Shown: piece after piece, positions 35,975-49,881 of the stretch
How the letters are laid out: every line of letters starts with the position of its first letter
Position numbering within the stretch: position 1 is the stretch's first letter
Source: Nemertoderma westbladi
Taxonomy: Eukaryota; Animalia; Xenacoelomorpha
Assembly (NCBI GenBank): GCA_032718475.1
Contig: JAUCBJ010006305.1
Location: 1 to 64,000 of the forward strand
Direction of reading: 5' to 3'
Length of the DNA stretch: 64,000 nt
Program-made: the position numbers and the translations under genes
Notes under the pieces: model-generated
Seen by the model: only the letters and a program-made list of their open reading frames with translations
The model's database searches: none
What the model was told of the DNA's origin: nothing

Positions 35975-38900
35975 GGGTTTTACTTTTCAACATATGCCGT
36001 ACGTATTCACGTATCTACTGATCTATACATGACATTGAGCGATTTGACATATGCGTATGCATACGCGTAGTGGAATACTGTTTCCTGATTGCTCCGGATT
36101 GAGATCCAGATGAGAAATGTCATGCAAAAAGCTTAGGCTGTTAGGCCTCAGTTAAATTAGATTTGACACAGAGCCTATGGCTGTATGGGACCAGTCTGCC
36201 AGTCTACCGGTAGGCCTACTGGCCTATACAGTTGAATATGTCTGAATATATGCTAAAAAGCTGAAACAATTGGAAACACATCACAGATACGATTTGGAAT
36301 ACTATTCCCCAGTGGCGTTGCGTGGTGGGGGGGGGGGGGGGGGTGTGTTGGGGCGAGTCAACCCGGGCGCGCAGGCCTGTGGGGGGGGGGGGGGGCGGGA
36401 AATAAGCCGGAGCCAAGCAGCCAAACTTTTAATACTGAACTGCATGTAATTTGTGTTAAAACCCCTCTTGTTGACCGCACGAAAAATGTTATTACCAACG
36501 ATAGATTGTATATGGATGGATACTCACATCAACTCAACATTATATTGCCTTCTGTTACTAGTGACTAGTTACGAAAAGGTCGAGGGGCGAATCGACCAGC
36601 ACCCCTGTATAAACAGTCCTAATAGTCGCCTCTTTCGGAAGGGGCAGTATACAGGTATATCTATCACCTAGGGCTTTGGAACAACAATGCTATTTTGCTA
36701 CTGTGCTACAACAATACTACCGTTATTTATATATCCAACCCAATGTCATAATTATTAATTCCAGAAAATATATATATTTAATTTAATAATGAAACAAAGT
36801 AGGAAGGGCCTTAGTAGTCAATGAGAGCGGCAGCCAATCTCGTCAATATTAGCCTACTTCCAGAACATGTATTTATTTAACATGGGGCGTATGCAGTTCA
36901 TTAGTGACACAGACAAGTATTTATATTAAAATGAAATTAAAAAAAATTGATATTAAAAAACCGACAAAGCATACTTAGTTTCAAATAAAATAATTAAGAT
37001 GCGCAAGGGCTTCAACAACATACAGTATATAGGCAAACATTTGGGCTATAAGCCTACATAATGCTCAATAGGACAAATAATACGGTGAAAATAAAACGTG
37101 CACAGTAACCTTAAAAGATAGTACGACAATTAACGACATAAAAACAATATTTAAAAATTTAACAAAAATTGTACACAAAGAAAAGTACCGTACAGTAATG
37201 TAGTTAAATGGGGGGGGGGGGGGGGGGGGGGGGGGGGGAGTGATGGGGGGTTGTATATCACCGCAATCAGTAGAGATAACGCTGCATAGTAAAATTGGCG
37301 GTGGCACCTTGGCGAACTGGGACGTCACTGTAGATGTTCATAAGATTCTGTATGGCTTTGTCAAGTCGATTTTTAAAAATATTAACAGAAGGATTTCCGA
37401 GAAGGTCATGGGCATTCACCACATCCTCACTTAACATATTCCATATATTTACGACTCGAGTTGCAAAACTATTTACATGGAACATATGATGACCGGCGGT
37501 ATTCCGTTTATATAGAGCTAAAGACGAGCCTCTAGTAGAGTACGAATGCTGTTGATTCCTTAATTCGAAGAACTTATGTAAATCTACATTATCAATGTTA
37601 TGGACAAACTTGAAAGTGTTTATCATATTAGCTCGTATACGTCTATAGATCAATGTTGGGATACCAAGGGAACGAAGACGTTCTTCATATGTCAATTCCT
37701 GGAGGGAAGGAACAATCTTGGTGGCACGATGCTGCACACGTTCTAACAGGTCGATGTCTTTCTGCTGGTCAGCTGGTAGGGACACCAAACTACTGTAGCA
37801 TACTCGAGAAGTGGTCTTCTAATAGCTCGATACAGGTTGAGGAACATACGAGGCTCCATAAAGGTAAATGCATGTTTCACAAGATTTAGAACACGCGTTG
37901 CTCTGGCTCATGATAGAACAGTGAGTAGTGAATGAAAGATTAGAACTGAACGTTACACCAATATCCATTTCTTCATTGACAGATTCTAGAATGGTACCAT
38001 TCATGGAATAAGATGACTGCGGATTCTTAAGTCCAAGATGAACAACTTTACACTTATCGCTGGGTTGAACCAATCAGCAAGTGAGTCTAAGCCAGCCTGG
38101 AGACAATCAATATCAGTGGAACTGTGGATTGGCCTGGATTCCGAGAGTGTGGAGGTTGTCTACATATGTACTGAAATCCTCTAGTACTTCCAATAGTTGG
38201 GTAACTGTGGGACCTTCCTCCATGTTGTGAGTCGGTGAATAGGTTGTTTGATTCGAAGTGGTTCACCAAAGCATCTCTTACACACTTCTCACAAACTTTC
38301 GCCAAGATGCTTGTGAGGGAGATAGGACGGTAGTTTTCCGGATTGTGTACTAGGCTGTTTCTTAAGTAGAGGATTAATAATTGCAACATGCCAATCATCA
38401 GGCACCTCACCGGTATCAAAGGACATCCTAAATATACTATGACATGGAACAGCAATCACAGCTGCCAGTTCTTTAAGAACCCTACTATGGAGAAGATCTG
38501 GGCCAGCAGACTTATTAGGATTTAGATCACTCAGGGAGTCCAGTACATCATCAACCGAAAAATGAATATGTTCCAAATGTGGGAGGTTTGTACAGTAGTA
38601 ATATTTGAGATGTTAGGTCTGTAGTCACATGGAATATTGTTGTAGTCATGGTGAATACATTGTAAAATGTATTACTGAATATTTCCGCCATACCAGTTTC
38701 TGAACTCACGGATTCACCGTCACGACGCAACGGGCCTACTGGACATCTGGTTTTCCTCTTAGAGTTAACATATCTCCATAAAACTTTGGGGTTTGATCTA
38801 GAAAGATCGGCTATATGCTTTTCGTGGTCCCGTTTGGCTTTCCAACACGCCCTACCCGCATACTGCCTAGCCCGCACATTCGCACATATCTATCACGATT

Positions 38901-39288
38901 CCGGTCTATGGGAAATGAGCACCACCGCTGAAAAAACAGAAAAAGACTTGTTTCCTTTGTACCGCGGATATCACTGAATGACACATCCATGGTTGTTTAC
39001 AACTACTTGAACGACTGACAGGACAGGACATACTACCTCAGACTACAGCAATTGTACTGCCTGACAGACTAATATGCTGTAATGCAAAACATCACGGTAC
39101 TGTAATATTAGGCCTACAGCTACAGATACACTGTTAACTTGACAATAATCATCTGGACCAATCAGGAAACAGTATTCGCCTACGCGTATGCATAACGCGG
39201 TATGTGAAATCGTTCAATGTAATGTATAGAACGTGGATACGTACGCATATACGTGGATACGTACGGCATACGTTGAAAAGTAAAACCC
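35975..39288. mobile_element. Inverted-repeat element (about 125-bp arms) containing a nested CR1 remnant
   Basis: gggttttacttttcaacatatgccgtacgtat...gaatactgtttcctgattg (35975-36095) is mirrored at 39157-39288. Confidence 0.65.
37300..39040 (-). pseudogene. CR1-clade LINE ORF2 remnant (frameshifted, RT core deleted)
   Basis: Fragments NPKVLWRYVNSKRK, KSAGPDLLHSRVLKEL, NYRPISLTSILAKVCE, DSQHG, KCKVVHLG, LERVQHRATK, FATRVVNIWNML in different frames; the QG/YADD segment is absent. Confidence 0.88.
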
Positions 39289-39729
39289 TCAATTTATTAC
39301 CGGTATATACTTACTTACTGACTTACCTGTTTACATGCAGTATAGTATAATATGAGGTAGAATAAAACGTCTGTCCTTATCTGACTGTCTGATCTGATCC
39401 TATAACCAATCAGGAGAAAGATATAGGCCTATATATAATATTTACCTAACTGTCTGTTAGGTAAATAGCCAATAGGGGATCACGTTCCACGTTGCCCTGT
39501 TACGTATTAGTATCATCATATGACGTAACAGTACAGGCATACCGGTATGTATCTAATGCACAAAGGAATGTTATTATATCGTCCCTTTCCTGTAAAACGG
39601 CATTTTCGATTCTAATTTTGTTTGTAAGTAATATTCCAGGATTTTGGTCTTATTTACTTTTAAATCCATTAAATGTAACGATTTTAAACAAAAATAGTTA
39701 TGGTATTGGAATAATGTAACATATTAGGT

Positions 39730-41356
39730 CAGGGCCGGATTAACCAGTAGGCTAATAAGGCTGAAGCCTTAGGGCCATTGAAAAAAGCGGTCACTTTCCT
39801 ACAAAAATGTTGAATTGTAATGAGTTGAATGTAATGAGAGTTAATAGGAAGCCTATAAAATATTCTGTAAAAGGGGCACTTTACATCATTAGTTTCTTAG
39901 TATACCCGTCCGTGTTCAGGCTAGCCTGGAACCAGTTCATTAAAGGATAAAATAAAGGAGAAAATCTGGCCAACACTCTTCTCAACTATCTGTCTGAGTT
40001 GGGTATCGATTTTAATTATTGTCGAGGACAGACATATGACAATGCCAGTAATATGTCTGGGAAGTATTCTGGAATGCAGCAGAAGCTCAAGGAAGTTAAT
40101 CAACTAGTCGATTATATTCCCTGTGCTGGTTTCGTCCTGCTCGGTTCTCCTGTTCCGAAGTGCCTTTCAGATACTCGGTGGTCAGCTCGGGCTGATGCAA
40201 CTAATGCTCTTTATTGTGGATACAACAAGATCCACGAGGCATTAATGACTCTTGCAGATGATACACAGCAAAGTGCTCAGTCCCGTCATGAGGCAAATTC
40301 TCTTGCCAGTGCAATGAATACCTTAGAAATGTCAATAATGTGTGAGTTGTGGAACGATATCCTGGTGCGCTTCAACCAATGTAATAAGGCCATACAAAGC
40401 TCAACTATAGAACTGTCATGCGCAATCAATCTGTTAAAGAGTTTAAAATCATTACTGGTGAACTGCAGAGATAAGTTTGATGCCTATGAAGAACAAGGAA
40501 TGACACGTTGCGGCAATAACAGTTACAAGACTGAAGGTGGAAGACATCGAAAACGAAAACAGAACATTGATGATAGCAATTGCCTAGATGCATCTGAAAG
40601 AATGTCTCCTCGGAAAAAATTCTTGACTGGAACCTTCTACGTTATTTTGGATCAGTTATATGTAGCTTTGCAAACCCGCATTGATGCATACACTAAAGTT
40701 TCGCAAAGATTTGGTGTTATAACAGAATTCAAGACAATGAATCCCGAACAAATTCGAACCGCTGCTGCATCACTTGTCAGCATATATCAAAATGACCTTA
40801 ACGCAGACTTTCCAGCCGAATTCCAACAGTTCATAGATTGGTTTAACGAGCAGCAGATGAGCGCACTTCCAGGTAGACTTCAAGAAGGAGAACATGGAAC
40901 TGCCCAACAAATGTTCACTTTACTCCATAACAGTGGGGTGCGTTCAGCATTTCCTAACACTGAGACTATTCTACGAATCTATTTGTGCCTTATGATTACG
41001 AATTGTTCTGGTGAACGCTCATTCTCCCATCTCAAGCGAATTAAAAGTGACATAAGATCAACCATGAAGCAAGGTAGACTCTGCTCATTGTCACTTATGT
41101 GTATTGAGAATGATTTGCTAGATAGAATAGAATTCTCTGACGTGATTAATGATTTTGCTATTGCCAAAAGCCGAAAAGGGAGAATATTAATTAATCAACC
41201 ATGAATAATACTAACTGTTTCATATTAGTGAGTTTCATATTAGTTACTGAGTTAATAGACTTATTGTGATTTCGATAATTATTCTATATTATATTCTAAT
41301 TTCAGGCCACTTTTTCAAAATAGCCTTAGGGCCACAAATATGTTAATCCGGCCCTG
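39730..41356 (+). mobile_element. hAT DNA transposon, internally deleted, 15-bp TIRs and an 8-bp TSD
   Basis: TIR cagggccggattaac / gttaatccggccctg; perfect TSD tattaggt at 39722-39729 and 41357-41364. Confidence 0.95.
39999..41204 (+). pseudogene. Partial hAT transposase (ZMYM1/Tip100-like) with the C-terminal dimerization domain
   Basis: GQTYDNASNMSG, LSDTRWSARADA, CSGERSFSHLKRIK..RSTM. The N-terminus is missing and the CxxH motif is broken (YIPCAGFV). Confidence 0.88.
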
Positions 41357-42112
41357 TATTAGGTAGGAAACTATGTATAGAGATATAGGTTGTTTCAAAA
41401 AAAATATTACATTTTTTACAATGATTACTCAAAAAGAAATAAAACCCTTTAAGACAAATTCGATTATTAAGTTTTAAAAATATAAAACAAATCTCCCTCT
41501 ATCATAATAAACAACATTCTAGCTCCTGATTCGTTGTTTCCAATTTTAAATCAACGTTTCCCGGGCTTACCCTATTTATAATATTAAAATGTATTATATA
41601 GGTTGTTTTAAAAAAATAATTCTTTATCATGCGGTCTATGCAAAACTGGCATACTAGGTGGTTTTGAAACGTCTAAATATCTCAGTATGGCCTTCTAAGT
41701 GTGTTAATCGGATTCAGAATACATTTTAACATAAAGAAATGCAGCAATCTCTCTCCATTTCGGCAAAAATCGCATATAGGTGGTTTCTAAATGAAAGGGA
41801 CGATATATTACAAATGCGATATAGGATGAAGGATGGCGAGTATGAAAGTTGTGTGATTGTCCCAGCAAAGATGGTGGATTCAGATGTAAACAACTTTCGT
41901 AGATTTAGTTGGTGTTGAAACATTAATCATTTATTAAAAACAATACAGCGTTTGCTGCAATATTTTGGTAAATCTTTCTTGTTAATAGTTATCATTATTA
42001 ATAGTTAAAGTTATATTAAATTTAAATTAAAGTTAAAAAATTAAAGTTATGAAGGAATATGGGAAGGTGGATGGGAATGTGTGAATCAATAAACGCTGTT
42101 GTTACCTTCCAA

Positions 42113-42965
42113 TTGAAGGAAAATAGCAGGTTACAGCGGCTGTAATTTCTAACCATAACAATAAACGACGTTGTTACCTACAAATTGAGGGAAAAGATCG
42201 GGTTACAGAGACAGTGTTTTCAAACCAAGACAATAAACGATTTTCTACTATAGGACCCATTATCGGTAGTAGCGTCTGCAACACAACACCTCTACAGTTC
42301 GCGATCTGCCATGTAACTCTCCAATTTATTATCTCAAATTTATCTTCATTATGAAGATCAGTGCCTATTAGCAGACGTGCCAGTAATGGCTGACCTTGTG
42401 TTCTCACCAATCGGCTGCAATAAAACAATATCATCACAGGCTGCTGATGTACTGTAAGATAGCAATTGGTAAGGAGTCATATGTCGTACCTGCAAGGTAA
42501 CGTTGGGTTTTGTCAATGTAATTTTACAGTACTAATAACTCATTATGTACATGTTATCATTGTATTAATAATAACATGAACTCAGCTTGCGCAAACATCT
42601 GTGTGTGCGTGTATATGTAAGTACTATCAGGAGGAGCGGAGCGGTGTCTTCTGCTATAAGATACCAGCACCCAGGTATGGAGATGCCGTGTAACGCCACA
42701 CAAGCACCAACAACTAAATATACTTGACAGTTTATGACCTGCTGGAATGAGACAGATATTATCTGGAAATTTGGTCTTTTAACATTTAGATCGATATGGT
42801 CCGACTTGGGCGCCCGCCATGGCCAACCAATATTGTATTTCTGACATAAAAATCCAGCAATTAATTGATCTCGAGAGGAAAAGCGATGCAAATAACAGTT
42901 GATTTCTAGTGACTATCGTTTATTGTTTTGGTTAGAATAACGTTCCACTGAAACCTGCCCCTCCT
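42113..42965. mobile_element. Non-autonomous element bounded by inverted copies of a dispersed 50-60 bp motif
   Basis: gcaggttacagcggctgtaatttctaaccataacaataaacg (about 42127) faces cgtttattgttttggttagaataacgttccactgaaacctgc (about 42917). Confidence 0.5.
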
Positions 42966-43854
42966 GATATTAATATATGTGAGATATTAATTTGCCGAGA
43001 TGAGATTTGCCCCATCCCCCCCCCCCCCCCCCCCCCCTCTTGTTTCTTAAATTTATTGATTGGTGATGCGCCCTACTGTATACCTTTACTACAGTTTACC
43101 ATTTTGGATTTTGGCATGGTTGTATTATATATATGTGTTGTATATATATGTTATTTGACAAGAGACATTCGTTGTACATAGTTCATTGCAATACTGAAGA
43201 GGAAATCAGTACGCTTACACCTACAAGTAGCGTGTATGCGTAGCGTTTACCCCCCTTGTAGTGGCAATCGTCGAGGATCCATCATACAGTTATTTGATTG
43301 CAGCAATTAACTCATTTTGGATCTTAAATATGCGCGGTTGCGAGATAGAGATGAAGGCCTTGAAGAAGCCTACAAAGTTTTTAGATGATGGCTAGACCGC
43401 GTCTGTCTTATCTAATGTAGACCTTTCCTCAATGGCCAATTTTGGTAGCCACACAGGAGCCTTTCAACAGTATTATCTGTTGAATAGCTTACCTGAAATT
43501 AATTCTATGATATGAAACACACATTTTAAAAGTTGATTTTAGTAATAGGTTTCATTTCTAAGCGAGCTATCAGCTCGTTCGTCCTCATTTCTCTCGTCCT
43601 CGTCCCTTACTTTTAAATGTACTGTAGGGAAATATAGTAGTTATACATGTAGTGAAATATAATGTATAATGTAATAAATATGAGAAAAATTCCTGATTGT
43701 TATATATAGAACATTAGAATATTCAAGTAGTTAAAATATTAGAAAATGTGACAAAGTGGAGTTGGAAGCATTGAGGAATAATTGATTACCGAATCAATTC
43801 TCAGTAACTTTCAATAAGTGAGTCTGCTTGCTCTGTACTAAAAATGGATTTAGT

Positions 43855-44050
43855 TACAAGTAGGGGCGGAATCGCAGGAGCTTGGCGTTGCAATCGGCAG
43901 GTTGGTGCGTTGTATACGGTGCATTCGGTTGATTAAAATGAATGCACACAAATTCCGCGCTCTCTAGGGGTTAAAGGAAGTAAACTCAATTGGCCAAGAT
44001 GGCGCTTTACTTAGCCTTTATTGGTGTTAGTAGCCTGGGTAGGTAGGTAC
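43855..44050 (+). promoter_or_regulatory. Candidate promoter/first non-coding exon (GC box, YY1 motif, 5' splice site)
   Basis: ggggcggaat near 43863, CpG cluster, caagatggcg (YY1-type) near 43995, donor-like g|gtaggt near 44039. It could drive the downstream NRPS-like gene. Confidence 0.3.
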
Positions 44051-45617
44051 CGGTAGTGCCCCACCGTACTACTGCTGTGTACACCTCAGCATCCCTCCAT
44101 CCTGATTGCAGGATATATAAACAACAGGTTGAAAGAGTTAGTTCCGAGATGCTGTGATTTGCTAGCGAATAATTTAATTTTGTAGCCCATTTATTTTTGT
44201 GTAACGGGAATTTTACTTAAAATTGAACCGTTGAGGGGTAGTAGGCTTACAATTATTACTGTATTTGAGATGATATTGAGTTAATATACTGTAATATTTC
44301 ATATACTAAAATTACTCTTTAGTTTGTAAAAATTTACTAATTTTTCATATCAATGTCTAGTCTACTAGTAAAAAGTCTTACATATTACGGTGTATGCATA
44401 CGAATATAAATTATAATTTGTAACAGTAAATAATAATCCCTTTAAAATTTATCAAATCCAACAATACCAACTAACTATTGTACCTCTGATATTGACTGTC
44501 ATGTACAGATCAACTAATAAAATTTATCTTGAATCCCGACGGCCTTCTCTATACACCATTTATTTGTTTAGAAGGCCGTGACGTGAATATGTAAAAACTT
44601 TTTTTGCACAGTAATATAGAGTTCTGTCCTTTCCGCACTAAGAAATCTTAATTTCGTAATCACATACCGTAATTTATCACTCCGTGAAGAGTAGCAGGTT
44701 ACATTTTCATTATTACTAACCAAAACAGGAAATAATTCTCAAAAACATAAATATATGTTACATATTTTGCTAGTGCGACAGATCATGTATTTATGTATAT
44801 TATTAATTAATTTTATGCTAAATAAAGTTCCCATGGTTCAAGTAATACTTTAACAATGCTGCTGTAGCACTTAAAAACACCCCCAGTAACAACAAAATAA
44901 AATTATTCAGGTTCCTACAAAGCAATTACAATAGACGTCGTCTTTAATAAAAAAAAAAGTATTAATTAATACTTCACTGTACATAAATGGATGATATTTT
45001 AGAGTAATGCTGAACACGCAGTGTAGTTAGGCCCCTACACGTAGCGCTATCTCACTACAAAATAAAAACACCGTGCAGAAACCATGAAAAATCTTGATTG
45101 AACAAATATATTTTATACTGTAAGAATAGAATTAAAGATATAAGTAAGAAGCTCTACTTATGCAGCTGTATCGCACTGGCTGCGTTGCAGGATCTCATTT
45201 AGTCTGGTGAGATCGGCAGACATATGTCTGAGAGGTCATAGATCTCTTCAAGCTATACCACCTTCTTCTATTGATGACCCGCGGCTTATTCCAGATCTGG
45301 GCCCCCATCATAATCTTCACCATTAAAGCACCCCTTCTTTACGTAACTTATATTTTGTTCTTTCTTTTCATATGTTATTGCACGTTCCCACTTTCTACCT
45401 GTTCACATTAAACTCGTTTTTGGATCCATCATTGTTGCTTTATTTATTTCATTGCGGTATACAGTATTAGTTGCTTCACTTAAATTACTTTACTTTATTT
45501 GATACTGTTGTAATAATTATTTGTCTGTTAATTTACTTTAAAAATTAATCTACTTTATTATTTTATCGTCTCATTCAAACATTCTTACTTTATGTCATAT
45601 ACTGTAGTAGTAGTAGT

Positions 45618-48600
45618 GGTAGGTGCGAAAATGCACAACGAGCAATAATGACCAACAACGAGCAACAATGAGCAACAACGAGCAACAATGAGCAACAACG
45701 AGCAACAATGAGCAACAATGAGCAACAATGAGCAACAACGAGCAATAATAAAGTACAACAACGAGTAACAATGAGCAACAACGAGCAACAATGAGCAACA
45801 ATGAGCAACAACGAGCAACAATGAGCAACAATGAGCAACAACGAGCAACAATGAGCAACAATGAACAACAACGAGCAACAATGAGCAACAACAAGAAACA
45901 ATGAGCAACAACGAGCAATAATAAAGTACAACAACGAGTAACAATGAGCAACAATGAGCAACAACGAGTAACAATGAGCAACAACGAGCAACAACGAGAA
46001 ACAATGAGCAACAACGAGCAATAATAAAGTACAACAACGAGTAACAATGAGCAACAATGAGCAACAACGAGCAACAATGAGCAACAATGAGCAACAACGA
46101 GCAATAATAAAGCACAACAATGAGCACCAACAGGGAACAATGAGCAATAATAAAGTACAACAACGGGCAACAATGAGCAACAGCGAACAACAATGAGCAA
46201 CAACGAGCACCAACGAACAACAATGAGCAACAACGAGCAACAATGAGCAACAACGAGAAACAATGAGCAATAATAAAGTACAACAACGAGTAACAATGAG
46301 CAAGAATGAGCAACAACGAGCAACAATGAGCAACAACGAGCAACAATGAGCAACAATGAACAACAACGAGCAACAATGAGCAACAACAAGAAACAGTGAG
46401 CAACAACGAGCAACAACGAGCAACAATGAGCAACAACGAGCAACAATGAGCAACAACGAGAAACAATGAGCAACAACGAGCAATAATAAAGTACAACAAC
46501 GAGTAACAATGGGCAACAATGACCAACAACGAGCAACAATGAGCAACAATGAGCAACAACGAGCAACAATGAGCAACAATGAACAACAACGAGCAACAAT
46601 GAGCAACACCAAGAAACAATGAGCAACAACGAGCAATAATAAAGTACAACAACGAGTAACAATGAGCAATAATGAGCAACAACGAGCAACAATGAGCAAC
46701 AACGAGCAACAATGAGCAACAACGAGAAACAATGAGCAACAACGAGCAATAATAAAGTACAACAACGAGTAACAATGAGCAACAATGACCAACAACGAGC
46801 AACAATGAGCAACAACCAGCAACAATGAGCAACAACGAGCAACAACGAGCAACAACGAGCAACAATGAGCAACAACGAGCAATAATAAAGTACAACAACG
46901 AGTAACAATGAGCAACAATGACCAACAACGAGCAACAATGAGCAACAATGAGCAACAACGAGCAACAATGAGCAACAACAAGAAACAATGAGCAACAACG
47001 AGCAATAATAAAGTACAACAACGAGTAACAATGAGCAACAATGAGCAACAACGAGCAACAATGAGCAACAACGAGCAACAATGAGCAACAATGAGCAACA
47101 ACGAGAAACAATGAGCAACAACGAGCAATAATAAAGTACAACAACGAGTAACAATGAGCAACAATGACCAACAACGAGCAACAATGAGCAACAACCAGCA
47201 ACTATGAGCAACAACGAGCAACAATGAGCAACAACGAGCAACAATGAGCAACAATGAGCAACAATGAGCAACAACGAGCAACAATGAGCAACAATGAGCA
47301 ACAATGAGCAATAATGAGCAAAAACGAGCAACAATGAACAACAACGAGCAATAATAAAGCACAACAATGAGCACCAACAGGGAACAATGAGCAATAATAA
47401 AGTACAACAACGGGCAACAATGAGCAACAGCGAACAACAATGAGCAACAACGAGCACCAACGAACAACAATGAGCAACAACGAGCAACAATGAGCAACAA
47501 CGAGAAACAATGAGCAATAACGAGCAATAATAAAGTACAACAACGAGCATCAATGAACAACAACGAGAAACAATGAGCAATAACGAGCAATAATAAAGTA
47601 CAACAACGAGCATCAATGAGCAACAACGAACAACAATGAGCAATAATAAAGTACAACAACGAGTAACAATGAGCAATAACGAACGACAATGAGAAATAAC
47701 GACCAATAATACAGAACAACAACGAGCAACAATGATACTTATTCAGTACAATGTATCCCAGTAGTCTCGAATATACATGTAGCCATGTAGGATATAAATG
47801 TCAATGGCAATGTCATCAAGATGGTGCACAATACACTGATACTGCTATACCGGGACACCGGTAGGCCTACAAATATTTATCAGTTTACCTGATTTCAGTC
47901 TATCAGTCTTGTTCTGTTCCGCTAGTGTCGTTGAAACTTACCGGTACTAACAATACCTAATGCTGGAGAAAATTAATGAATTAAAAGTAATTCTCCGTAA
48001 ATTCAAGTAGTTCTATTATCGGTACAATGTGGTTTCAGGGCCCTCCCGCCCCTCTACCTATTATCAAATCAAATCAAATTTATTTATTTCCATCATACTA
48101 CAAAAATTGTATCATGTTGCTCCCTTCCCTTCCCATCACCAATCATCGTATCTTATGAAGAATGAGGGTTTAGATGAATATTATTGAGAATGATGATAAT
48201 GAATCTGGGTTAGTATGGTAAGTGGAGGTAGTAATATGATAGACTGGCTGGTAATCTGGTTCTGACTGACTGAGTGCGGTACTGTTAAGTGAAGTGTGAA
48301 CTGGTTTTCGTATTATTATTTTGTATTTTATACAGTTGGACATAGTGACCTGATTGCCCGGCAGTCCTGAAGTCTGCCTAGCGTTCTATATTACAGACTA
48401 CTGTATAGCTTGTGGGATGGGATGGGGTAGGCCAAGCCTATTTTGTATTTGATTTTTGTTATTTAGGTTACTGGGTTAAGGTTAGTCAGTTAGTTGCTCA
48501 GGAGTTACAGGGAAGTGGCTACTGACCGCACCGGACCCTCTAAATACCGTATTGAAGCTTTATATTTGATTTATATTTTACTTGTGTATTATTTACCGGA

Positions 48601-49112
48601 CCCTTATTACCTCAGCTTTTTGTGACCGGACCCATAATCTTGTAACATGTCTTAACTTTCGTTTATTGTTTTGGTTACCACCAAAATTTATTGCTATTTT
48701 GGTTGCTCATTGTTGCTCGTTGTTGCTCATTGTTACTCGTTGTTGTACTTTATTATTGCTCGTTGTTGCTCGTTGTTGCTCAATGTTGCTCATTGTTGCT
48801 CGTTGTTGCTCGTTATTGCTCATTGTTGCTCATTGTTGCTCGTTGTTGCTCATTGTTACTCGTTGTTGTACTTTATTATTGCTCATTGTTACTCGTTGTT
48901 GTACTTTATTATTGCTCATTGTTGCTCATTGTTTCTCATTGTTGCTCGTTATTGCTAATTGTTGCTCGTTGTTGCTCATTGTTACTCGTTGTTGTACTTT
49001 ATTATTGCTCATTGTTGCTCGTTGTTGCTCATTCTTGCTCATTGTTGCTCGTTGTTGCTCATTGTTGCTCGTTATTGGTCATTGTTGCTCGTTGTGCATT
49101 TTAGCACCTACC
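45618..49112. mobile_element. Foldback-like element with long inverted arms built of 10-bp tandem repeats
   Basis: Left end ggtaggtgcgaaaatgcacaacgagcaataatgaccaac matches the reverse complement of the right end ttggtcattgttgctcgttgtgcattttagcacctacc. Left arm gagcaacaa(t/c) array 45640-47733; inverted array 48702-49095; about 1-kb non-coding spacer. Confidence 0.85.
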
Positions 49113-49881
49113 GTATATATTTACTTCATTTTATTGTCAGTGTAGTAATTCGAATAACAATTACTGTAGATTTAATTTTAAAGCTATAAACTACATTAAC
49201 GTGTTTAGACTATTAAAATGTTTATTGATGCTTTTGCCCTATTAAAAAACAGATTGTGGCGCACATTGATATCAAGTGAAAAACTGCCACTGTAACCTAA
49301 TCATCTGCCTCTTAATATTTTAAATTATATTAAATTAATTTTTTAAACCTAACAAATAATAGTTTGTGTTTGCTGTCATTTTGCACCATCATCCATAAAA
49401 CAAAAGCCTCGATTCCCATCTGGAACAACAGCACTGCACGCTGTGTACAGTATATCAAATATCAATCAAATTAAGCAGAAATTTAGATCAAGAAGTTAAA
49501 TGTTTCCATATGAAAGATAATGTTGCCTTTTCGTTAACATTTTCTTAACAATACTGTACATAGAGTACTTGGATTAATCCCTTAGAATTCAACCACATGC
49601 TCCCTACCCATTCTCCATACCATAGATTACCGATAGATATTAATTCTATTACTGTATATACATTAATGTACAGAAGGAACAGTATACTCTAGGTAGATTA
49701 GCTCTTGTTAAATAAAAGGCAATGTAAATTAATTACATCGGTAACTAAACTACATTACCTTGGGTTGAAAGCTGCAATTTACAGTAACAGTTTGTAAGAT
49801 TTTAAATATTGATATTATTTTAATCAATCAATCAATTCTGCTAGAATATAAATTAATTAATCAATATTTGTAAAAATCAAG

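Noticed and set aside
45170-45345. Possible LINE C-terminal remnant on minus
   Set aside because: Only a vague SRG..RW-like trace with stops; too degraded to support.
45585-49189. Cys/Leu/Val-rich ORFs of 500-700 aa resembling membrane proteins
   Set aside because: All three frames are open because the 10-bp repeat lacks stops on that strand; no domain content.
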